Part shown: piece by piece, positions 48,244 through 55,598 of the stretch
Numbering within the stretch: position 1 is the stretch's first letter
Layout: the number at the start of each line of letters is the position of its first letter
Assembly: GCA_035294085.1 (NCBI GenBank)
Contig: DATGLP010000006.1
Span: 77,413 to 141,412, forward strand
Reading direction: 5' to 3'
Length of the DNA stretch: 64,000 nt
From: Acidimicrobiales bacterium
Lineage (GTDB): Bacteria; Actinomycetota; Acidimicrobiia; Acidimicrobiales; Bog-793
Made by a program: the position numbers and the translations under genes
The notes under the pieces: model-generated
What the model was told of the DNA's origin: nothing
Databases searched by the model: none
The model's input: the letters and a program-made list of their open reading frames with translations, nothing else

Positions 48244-50036
48244 ACGCGGGGCGGGATGGCCTTCGGACGCGGGACCCGATCCTGTTCCAGGTGCTCTACA
48301 ACGCCTTCTCGAGCGTCGTCGACGAGATGGGGGCGCTGCTCCAGAAGGTGGCGTTCTCGCTCGTCGTGAGCGAGGGGCGAGACTACTCGGGGACGATCTG
48401 CACCGCGAGCGGCGACCTCGTCGCGTCGGGGAGCACGGACCTCCCCGCGCACCTCGGGACGATCCCGTTCACGGTGAAGGGGACCCTCGCGTGGGTCGGA
48501 CCGCACCCCGAGCGCTTCTTCCGCGAGGGCGACGTCGTCCTCGTCAACGACCCCTACATCGGGGGCACGCACCACAACGACGTGCGCGCGATCATGCCGG
48601 TCTTCCTCGGCGGACGCCTCGCCGCCTTCGTCCAGTGCTCCGCGCACTGGACCGACATCGGCGGGGCGGTCCCGGGCACCTTCGACCCGAACGCGCGCAG
48701 CTCCTACGGGGAGGGCCTGGCCATCACGCCGGTCCACGTCGTGCGTGGCGGGGTCCTCGAGCGCGAGGTCGTCGACCTCATCTTGCGCAACGTGCGCATG
48801 CCGGAGGTCGCCTACGGGGACCTCCTCGCCCAGATCGGCGCGGTCCGCCTCGGCGAGCGGCGGCTGCAGGAGCTGGCGCGCCGCCACGGCGAGGAGACGA
48901 TCGTCGCGGTCATGGACGAGGTGATCGGCTACGCCGAGGACGTGCTGCGCCACGAGTTCGCGCAGCTGCCCGACGTGTCCATCCCGGTCGAGGCGCTCAT
49001 CGACCGGGACCCGGGGGCCGACGACGACACCCCGCTCGCGGTGCGCATGCGCCTCACGATCAGCGGGGACCGGGCGACGATGGACTTCTCCGAGTCCTCG
49101 GGTCTCGCGCGCGGGGCGATGAACGCCTCCAAGGCCGTGTGCATCTCGTCGGCCGTCGTGACCTTGAAGATGATCTTCCCCCACGTCCTCATGAACGAGG
49201 GCGTGTTCCGGGCGGTCGACTTCGTCGTGCCCGACGGCCTGCTCGTCTCGGCACCTTTCCCCGCCCCGACCTCGGGCATGGCTGCCGGCGTCTACCCGGC
49301 TGTCGCCGACTGCGTGCTGAAGGCCTTCATCCAGATCGCGCCGGAGCGGTGCATGGCGGGGCCGACGGGCCTCCTCAACATCGTCATCGGTGGCTACGAC
49401 CCGCGGCCGGGGTTCGAGCGCGACTACGTCGCGTACCTGTGGCTCGAGGGCGGCTGGGGCGGGCGCCCCGCGGCCCGGGACAACCACACGGCGATGACCA
49501 CGTTCGCGACGACGGCGACGAACCAGCCCGTCGAGCTCCAGGAGCGCCTCTTCCCGCTGCGCTACGAGTGCTACCGGCTCGAGCCCGACAGCGCCGGCCC
49601 CGGTCGCTCCCGAGGCGGTCTCGGCGTGCGCCGGCGCTGGTACCTCACGGAGGCCGAGGGGGTGCTGTCGGACCTCGGCGACGGCGAGCGCTTCGGGCCC
49701 TGGGGCTGGGCCGGCGGCGGCGACGCGGCGCCGAACCGCTTCGTCTACGGCCCGGGCACCCCCGAGGAGGTGAACATCGGGATGTTCTGCACCGGCATGC
49801 GCCTCGAGCCCGGCCGCATCCTCGACTGCTTCCAGCCCGGCGGTGGCGGCTACGGGGACCCCTTCGAGCGCGACCCCGCCTGGGTCCTCGACGACGTCCT
49901 CGACGGCTACGTCTCGGTCGCGGCAGCCGAGCGGGACTACGGCGTCGTCGTCCGCCCCCTCGCCACGGGGGGCTTCGCCGTCGACGAGGAGGCGACCCGC
50001 GCGGCTCGCTCGCGCCCGAGGCGGCAGCGAGCGTGA
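48240..50036 (+). CDS. Hydantoinase B/oxoprolinase-family subunit (HyuB-like), copy 2
   Basis: GTG 48240 forms a GTGA overlap with the preceding stop. It reads FQVLYNAFSSVVDEMGALLQKVAFSLVVSEGRDYSGTI, GDVVLVNDPYIGGTHHND and DSAGPGRSRGGLG. The product is 598 aa. Confidence 0.9.
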   Translation: MNAGRDGLRTRDPILFQVLYNAFSSVVDEMGALLQKVAFSLVVSEGRDYSGTICTASGDLVASGSTDLPAHLGTIPFTVKGTLAWVGPHPERFFREGDVVLVNDPYIGGTHHNDVRAIMPVFLGGRLAAFVQCSAHWTDIGGAVPGTFDPNARSSYGEGLAITPVHVVRGGVLEREVVDLILRNVRMPEVAYGDLLAQIGAVRLGERRLQELARRHGEETIVAVMDEVIGYAEDVLRHEFAQLPDVSIPVEALIDRDPGADDDTPLAVRMRLTISGDRATMDFSESSGLARGAMNASKAVCISSAVVTLKMIFPHVLMNEGVFRAVDFVVPDGLLVSAPFPAPTSGMAAGVYPAVADCVLKAFIQIAPERCMAGPTGLLNIVIGGYDPRPGFERDYVAYLWLEGGWGGRPAARDNHTAMTTFATTATNQPVELQERLFPLRYECYRLEPDSAGPGRSRGGLGVRRRWYLTEAEGVLSDLGDGERFGPWGWAGGGDAAPNRFVYGPGTPEEVNIGMFCTGMRLEPGRILDCFQPGGGGYGDPFERDPAWVLDDVLDGYVSVAAAERDYGVVVRPLATGGFAVDEEATRAARSRPRRQRA

Positions 50037-50788
50037 GCAGCGCGCACGAGCGGCCGGTCGTCGCGCTCACCGGCGCGGCGGGGACGATCGGGTCGGCGAT
50101 CGCCCGTGAGCTCGCGCGCCGGGAAGCCCGCCTCGTCCTCGTCGACCGTGACGAGGACGCGCTGCGGTCGCTCGCCGCGCTCCGTGCGGACCACCTCCTC
50201 CTCGCCGAGGACGTCAGCGCCGAGGGGGCAGCTGCGCGCGTGCTCGACGCCGCGCGCGACCGGTTCGGCCGTCTCGACGCCGTCGTCAACAACGCCGGCA
50301 TCGCGGGACCGGTCGGTCCGATCGAGGACGCGCCGTTCGCCGAGGTCGAGCGCGTCTTCGACGTGAACGTGCTCGCCGTGGTCCGCGTGCTGCAGGCGGT
50401 CATCCCCCACTTCCGCGCCCGGGGCAACGGCCGCGTCGTCAACGTCGCCTCGGGCGCCGGCCTGGCCGGGACCGCCTACCTGGCCGCCTACAGCGCGACC
50501 AAGCACGCGGTCGTGGGACTGACCCGCTCGGTCGCCGCGGAGCTCGCGCGCTGCGGCGTCTCGGTGAACGCCGTCTGCCCGGGCTGCGTCGCCTCCCCGA
50601 TGATGGGCCGCATCGAGGCCGCCCTGGCGGACGCGCTCGGCGCCCCGGCCTCCTTCGAGGCGGCGATCCCCGCGGGCCGCTACGCACGGCCCGAGGAGGT
50701 CGCGAACCTCACCGCCTACCTCGCGCTCGACGCCCCGCCCTACCTCACCGGGGCGGCGGTCGTCCTCGACGGCGCGATGCGCGCCTAG
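50033..50788 (+). CDS. Short-chain dehydrogenase/reductase (SDR) 1
   Basis: GTG 50033 forms a GTGA overlap with the preceding stop. It has TGAAGTIGSAIA, NNAG and the catalytic YSATKHAV. The product is 251 aa. Confidence 0.85.
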   Translation: MSSAHERPVVALTGAAGTIGSAIARELARREARLVLVDRDEDALRSLAALRADHLLLAEDVSAEGAAARVLDAARDRFGRLDAVVNNAGIAGPVGPIEDAPFAEVERVFDVNVLAVVRVLQAVIPHFRARGNGRVVNVASGAGLAGTAYLAAYSATKHAVVGLTRSVAAELARCGVSVNAVCPGCVASPMMGRIEAALADALGAPASFEAAIPAGRYARPEEVANLTAYLALDAPPYLTGAAVVLDGAMRA

Positions 50789-50789
50789 C

Positions 50790-51554
50790 GTGGCCGTGGC
50801 GGCGCGCCGAGCCGTCGTGACCGGGGCGAGCCGGGGGATTGGCGCCGCCATCGCCAGGCGTCTCGCCCTCGACGGCCACCAGGTCGCCCTCCTCGGGACC
50901 GACGCCGACGCGCTGGCGGCGGTCGCCGCCTCGATCGAGGCAGCGGGCGGCGAGGCCGAGGTGCGCTGCTGCGACCTCGCCGACGACGCTGCGCTGTCTC
51001 GCACCGCCGCCGAGCTCGCCGGGCGCGGCCCGGTCCACTCGCTCGTGAACAACGCCGGCGTCGTGCGCGTCGGCCCTCCGAGTACGCAGGGGGGCAGCGC
51101 CTGGGACGCCGTGATGCGGGTCGACGTGCGCGCGGTCTTCGAGCTCACTCGCCAGCTCGAGGAGGCGCTGGCGCGAGCGCAGGGCGCGAGCGTCGTCAAC
51201 GTCAGCTCGGTGATGGGGCAGCTGGCGACGCGCGGCATCATCTCCTACGTCGCCGCCAAGGGCGCGCTCAACCAGCTCACGCGGGGCCTCGCCCTCGAGT
51301 ACGCACCGATGGGGATCCGGGTCAACGCCGTCGCGCCGGGGTTCATCCGCACCGACATGTTCGAGACCTCGCACCCGCCGTCGCGCCGAGCCGCGCTCGG
51401 ACGCGCGCACCCCCTCGGACGTGTCGGGACCCCCGAGGAGGTCGCGGCCGTCGTCTCGTTCCTCTGCTCGCCCGACGCGAGCTTCGTGTCGGGCGCGGTC
51501 ATCCCCGTCGACGGGGCGCTCGCCTGCGCGCTCGCGATCCCGCCGATCGACTGA
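50790..51554 (+). CDS. Short-chain dehydrogenase/reductase (SDR) 2
   Basis: It has VTGASRGIGAAIA, NNAG and the catalytic YVAAKGAL, then PGFIRTDM. The product is 254 aa. Confidence 0.88.
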   Translation: MAVAARRAVVTGASRGIGAAIARRLALDGHQVALLGTDADALAAVAASIEAAGGEAEVRCCDLADDAALSRTAAELAGRGPVHSLVNNAGVVRVGPPSTQGGSAWDAVMRVDVRAVFELTRQLEEALARAQGASVVNVSSVMGQLATRGIISYVAAKGALNQLTRGLALEYAPMGIRVNAVAPGFIRTDMFETSHPPSRRAALGRAHPLGRVGTPEEVAAVVSFLCSPDASFVSGAVIPVDGALACALAIPPID

Positions 51555-51629
51555 GGCGCCCCGCTGGGCGTGCGCGCGGCGCTCGCCGCGGCGGTCGGTC
51601 CGGGTACCGGCGAGCCCGGCCCCCCGAGG

Positions 51630-51658
51630 TTGACGGCGCCGGGCGACCCTCCTAGCAT
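51630..51658 (+). promoter_or_regulatory. Sigma-70-type promoter of the ABC-transporter operon
   Basis: TTGACG (51630-51635), a 17-nt spacer, then TAGCAT (51653-51658). Operator copy 2 begins 8 nt downstream of the -10. Confidence 0.55.
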
Positions 51659-51666
51659 CGTTCCTT

Positions 51667-51678
51667 GGAATCGATTGC
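51667..51678. promoter_or_regulatory. Operator copy 2: GGAATCGATTGC
   Basis: It matches the copy-1 palindrome at 11 of 12 positions. It lies around the predicted transcription start of the binding-protein gene. Confidence 0.6.
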
Positions 51679-51724
51679 GAGCGCCGCCAGACAGCGCGGC
51701 GATCTCGCGGTGAGGGGGAAGCGC

Positions 51725-52876
51725 GTGAGACACAGCAAGACGAACAAGCACTTCATGCCCGTCGCGGGCGCCGTGGTGGCCGCAGGGTCGCTGCTCGTGG
51801 CGTCCGCCTGCTCCACCTCCGCCACACCGAAGGTGGCGCGTGGGGCCAAGGCGCCGCAGACCGTGAAGTTCAAGTGGGGAACCTTCCATCTGGCGAGCAG
51901 GATCGAGTCGAAGATCAAGGCCCACAAGCCGCTCGTCATGGACCTCTCCTTCCAGGCGCTCTCCGAGCCGGGCGCGCCGGCGCTCCTGCGGGCGGGGCTG
52001 CAGCGGGGTGCCGCGTGGGCGAAGCACCGCTACGGCGTGACGATCAAGGTCAACCTCATCGGCACGCCGGAGACCGATCCGCCGAGCCAGATCAGCCAGA
52101 TCCAGAGCCTGGTGAGCGCCGGTCAGGTTGACTGCGTCGGCGTCGAGCCGGTCACGCCCGGCGCCTTCCTCAAGGTGATCAACACGACGATGCAGTCGGG
52201 CGTCCCGGTGATGACCGTCAACACCGACAGCCCGGCTTCGCACCGCATCGCCTACTACGGGGTGAACGACACCGCACCGTCGGGCCGGTTCTTCACCGGC
52301 AAGATCGCCGGCGACTTCACGGTCGCCTGGGCGAGGGCGCACAAGGTGAAGCTGACCTCTGCCGCGCTCATCACCGGCGACACGACGGCCTCGTGGGCGC
52401 AGGGCCGGATGCAGGGCTGGCTGAGCACCGTGAAGAAGGCCTTCCCGAAGATGAGCGTCGTCGGGACCCCGACGAACGCCTTCACGACCGGCTACGACCC
52501 CGCGCAGATCAACTCGAAGATGTCCGCCTTCATGACCGGGCACCCGAACGTCCAGTTCTACTTCGACAGCGACTGGGGCGCGGCGGTCATCGCCCAGCTG
52601 ATCGGTTCCCGGCACCTCAAGGGCAAGGTGTACACGCTGGGGTTCAACGTGGACTCCACCTACCTGAAGGACCTGCAGCAGGGGACCCTGATCGGCACGA
52701 TCGACCAGCGCTACGACCTGCAGGCGGAGAACTTCGTGAAGGGCTGCGCCCAGTTCCTCCTCGGCGGGGTCGTCCCGAAGACGCCCTTCCAGTACCTCAA
52801 CCCGTCGATCTGGACGCCCGCCAACGTGGCCAAGGCCATCAAGCTGTACAACAGCATCCCGGGCGCCCTCGGCTGA
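51725..52876 (+). CDS. Sugar (CUT2/ribose-type) ABC transporter substrate-binding lipoprotein
   Basis: ORF 51665..52876. I place the start at GTG 51725 after GAGGGGGAAG, giving the signal VRHSKTNKHFMPVAGAVVAAGSLLVASAC, which is lipobox-like. The body has type I sugar-binding-protein features (VDCVGVEP, GVPVMTVNTD, GTIDQRYDLQAEN). Confidence 0.85.
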   Translation: MRHSKTNKHFMPVAGAVVAAGSLLVASACSTSATPKVARGAKAPQTVKFKWGTFHLASRIESKIKAHKPLVMDLSFQALSEPGAPALLRAGLQRGAAWAKHRYGVTIKVNLIGTPETDPPSQISQIQSLVSAGQVDCVGVEPVTPGAFLKVINTTMQSGVPVMTVNTDSPASHRIAYYGVNDTAPSGRFFTGKIAGDFTVAWARAHKVKLTSAALITGDTTASWAQGRMQGWLSTVKKAFPKMSVVGTPTNAFTTGYDPAQINSKMSAFMTGHPNVQFYFDSDWGAAVIAQLIGSRHLKGKVYTLGFNVDSTYLKDLQQGTLIGTIDQRYDLQAENFVKGCAQFLLGGVVPKTPFQYLNPSIWTPANVAKAIKLYNSIPGALG

Positions 52877-52901
52877 CCCTGGGCGCCAGGCGGTGAGCGG
52901 C

Positions 52902-52954
52902 GGCACGGCGCTCGTCCTGCCGGGGCTCGTTGTCCCGGCGGTCGGCGCCGTGCC
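52902..52954 (+). other. Nested stem-loop between the binding-protein and ATPase genes
   Basis: The outer 10-bp stem is GGCACGGCGC (52902-52911) paired with GCGCCGTGCC (52945-52954). It encloses an inner CCGGG/CCCGG hairpin. It sits in the 129-nt spacer after the binding-protein stop. Confidence 0.45.
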
Positions 52955-53005
52955 GTCCTCGTCGCCCCCCGCCCTTGAGGGCGGACCGACTGACCACCAA
53001 CCGAG

Positions 53006-54469
53006 GTGACGAGCCCGACGTTGCACGAGACACGAACACTGCGCATCGAGGCGCTGGACAAGTCCTACGGGCCGACGCACGCTCTCAAGGGCCTCTCCCT
53101 CGCCGTGGCCTCGAACCGAATCGTCGGCATCGTGGGCCCGAACGGCGCGGGCAAGAGCACCCTCGTCAAGATCCTCGCCGGCGAAGAGCGCGAGGACGGC
53201 GGCACGCTCTCGGTCGACTCCACGGTGTGGAGCGCGGAGCGTCGCCGCCGATCGGTCGCGATCGTGCACCAGGAGCCCCAGCTCTTCCCGAACCTCACCG
53301 TCGCCGAGAACCTCCTCGTCGAGAACGCCGGCCTGCGCCGGCCGCGCCCGACGCGCGAGGTGCGCGCGCTCCTCGAGCGCCTCGAGATCGCCCCGATGGC
53401 GGACGTGCTGCTCGAGAACACCTCGATCGTCGTCTGGCAGCTGACGGAGATCGCTCGGGCGCTCCTGCGCTCCGCCGAGGTCTTCCTCTTCGACGAGCCC
53501 AACTCGGCGCTCACGCGGGAGGAGTCCCGGCGCCTGTTCGAGCAGATGGAGCTGCTCAAGAGCCCCGACCGCTTCGTCTTCCTCGTCTCGCACCGCCTCG
53601 GCGAGGTCGCCGAGGTCTGCCAGGAGGTCGCCGTCGTGCGCGACGGCGCGGTCGTCACGACGCTGGCGGGCGACGAGGTGACCTCCGACCGCCTGGCGTC
53701 GCTGCTCGCCGCCGAGGAGCTCGGCGCCAGCGCAGCGCCGGCGGCCGTCCCGGCGAGCGCGCCCGCGCCCCCCGCGGCCGCGTCGGCTCGCCCGCTCCCC
53801 GCCCCGGGCGCGCGGCTCGAGGGGATCCCCGGCCTCGTGATCGCCGTGACCGGCCCGGAGGGCGGCGGCGGACGCGAGATCGTGCGCGCCGCGTCGGTAC
53901 GCGCGCCCGCACCCGACGGCCGGCGGCGGGCGACAGAGCGGGCCTACATGCCCTCGGACCGCCAGCACAGCCTCTTCTTCAACCTCTCCGTCGCGGCCAA
54001 CATCGCGGCCCGTCTCCGGCGCGACCAGCTCCCGGGCCGGCCGCGGCTGCTGACCCAGCGGGCCTTCGCCAGAGCGGCACAGGCCTACATCGAGGAGTTC
54101 GACATCAAGACCGAACGGCCGGGCGCGAGCGTCGGCAGCCTGAGCGGGGGCAACCAGCAGAAGGTCGCGCTGGCGAGCGCCCTCGCCGTGGATCCCGCGC
54201 TGCTCGTCGTCGAGGAGCCGACGCGCGGCGTCGACGTCTCGACGAAGCGCCAGATCTACGCGATCCTGCGGAACTTCGCGGCTGCCGGCGGTGCCGTCGT
54301 CCTGTACGTCACCGAGCTCGAGGACGCCCTCGGGTGCGCGGATCAGCTCTACGTCGTGAGCGAGCACGCGATTCGGGGCATGATCGACGTCAAGGCGGTC
54401 GGCGAGCTCGAGGAGCTCGGCGTCGCCGTGAACCGCCTCCTCTCGCGAAGGAGGGACGATGCCGCGTAG
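53006..54469 (+). CDS. Sugar ABC transporter ATP-binding protein (fused double NBD, RbsA/MglA type)
   Basis: The first NBD has GPNGAGKSTLVKILAG and LFDEPNSAL. The second NBD has LSGGNQQKVALA and VVEEPTRGVD, with the degenerate Walker A typical of CUT2 ATPases. An Ala/Pro-rich linker separates them. TTG 53021 is an alternative start. Confidence 0.9.
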   Translation: MTSPTLHETRTLRIEALDKSYGPTHALKGLSLAVASNRIVGIVGPNGAGKSTLVKILAGEEREDGGTLSVDSTVWSAERRRRSVAIVHQEPQLFPNLTVAENLLVENAGLRRPRPTREVRALLERLEIAPMADVLLENTSIVVWQLTEIARALLRSAEVFLFDEPNSALTREESRRLFEQMELLKSPDRFVFLVSHRLGEVAEVCQEVAVVRDGAVVTTLAGDEVTSDRLASLLAAEELGASAAPAAVPASAPAPPAAASARPLPAPGARLEGIPGLVIAVTGPEGGGGREIVRAASVRAPAPDGRRRATERAYMPSDRQHSLFFNLSVAANIAARLRRDQLPGRPRLLTQRAFARAAQAYIEEFDIKTERPGASVGSLSGGNQQKVALASALAVDPALLVVEEPTRGVDVSTKRQIYAILRNFAAAGGAVVLYVTELEDALGCADQLYVVSEHAIRGMIDVKAVGELEELGVAVNRLLSRRRDDAA

Positions 54470-55598
54470 CGAGCGCCGGCTCGCCGAGCGCCTCCGGGCC
54501 TGGGACGGGCTACACGCGAGCCGGGACGGCACCGGACGGCTCGCGCGCCCGGTCGAACGGGAGGCGGGCGCGTCCGGGGGAGCCTCCGAGCGGGCAGGCG
54601 GCAGCTGGGCGACGGCGAGGCGGGTGCTCCGGTCGTGGTCCCGACTCGGCGGCCTCCTCGCCGCCGTGCTCATCTGCGCCTTCGTCTTCGACGGCCTGAA
54701 CACGGCCTTCCTCAGCGCGAACAACATCCTCAACATCTTCAAGACGACGAGCAGCCTGGCCATCATCTCGTTGGGCGAGATGATCGTCCTGCTCGTGGGC
54801 GAGATCGACCTGTCGGTGGGGTCGGTCTACGGGCTCGGCGCCATGGTCACCGGGCTGCTGTGGACGAACGGCACCCCGTTCGTGCCCGCCCTGCTCGCCG
54901 GGCTCGCGACCGGGGTCGCGGCCGGGATCGTCAACGGCTTCGTGACGACCGTCGTGCGGGTCAACTCGTTCATCGCGACCCTCGGCATGCTGAACCTCGC
55001 CGAGGGGATCGACTTCCTGATCTCGAACTCAGCCTCGATCAACCCGAACACGACGCTCGGCGGCTACAACATCTTCGCGGCCTTCGGCCAGGACCAGCTG
55101 TTCGGCCAGATTCCCGTGCAGATCGCGTGGCTCGTCGGGATCAGCCTCGTCATGTACCTCCTCGTCCACCGGAGCATGTTCGGCTTCCGCTCGGCGGCGA
55201 TCGGCGGCAACCCCAGCGCTGCTCGGGTCGCGCATCTGCCGGTGCGCAGCTACAAGGTCGTGGCCTTCGCGCTCGCCGGGCTGCTCGCCGTCGTCGGCGG
55301 GATCATGGACTTCTCGCTCGTCGGCGCCACCGACCCGACGTCCGGGTCGAACCTCCCCTTCACCGTGTTCGCGGCCGTCATCATCGGCGGCGCGAGCCTG
55401 TCGGGCGGGCGGGGCACCGTGTGGGGTACCTTCCTCGGCGCACTCTTCCTCACGTTGATCTCGAACGGGCTGTCCCTCCTCGGCTACGGCGCCTTCGTCC
55501 AGCTGATCTTCGTCGGCCTCATCATCATCGTGGCCGTGGCGATCGACTGGTGGACGGGGCGTGGGCGCGAGAGCAGGGCCGCCCAGGTGCAGTGGTGA
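54459..55598 (+). CDS. Sugar ABC transporter permease (RbsC/AraH-like)
   Basis: The multi-TM protein reads NILNIFKTTSSLAIISLGEMIVLLVGEIDLSVGSVYGL and AAIGGNPSAARVAHLPV, typical of the BPD_transp_2 family. ATG 54459 overlaps the ATPase 3' end. The true start may lie further downstream because the N-terminal 55 aa are non-hydrophobic. Confidence 0.88.
   Translation: MPRSERRLAERLRAWDGLHASRDGTGRLARPVEREAGASGGASERAGGSWATARRVLRSWSRLGGLLAAVLICAFVFDGLNTAFLSANNILNIFKTTSSLAIISLGEMIVLLVGEIDLSVGSVYGLGAMVTGLLWTNGTPFVPALLAGLATGVAAGIVNGFVTTVVRVNSFIATLGMLNLAEGIDFLISNSASINPNTTLGGYNIFAAFGQDQLFGQIPVQIAWLVGISLVMYLLVHRSMFGFRSAAIGGNPSAARVAHLPVRSYKVVAFALAGLLAVVGGIMDFSLVGATDPTSGSNLPFTVFAAVIIGGASLSGGRGTVWGTFLGALFLTLISNGLSLLGYGAFVQLIFVGLIIIVAVAIDWWTGRGRESRAAQVQW

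Noticed and set aside
51245-54766. A 1173-aa minus-strand ORF, together with similar long antisense ORFs at 55484..58468, 22412..25390, 17562..19460 and 9517..11436.
   Set aside because: All are antisense to, or out of frame with, genes that carry clear motifs (ABC transporter, SDRs, era/dinG, BldD-like/hemW, lepA). All are Arg/Pro/Gly-rich without domain signatures.
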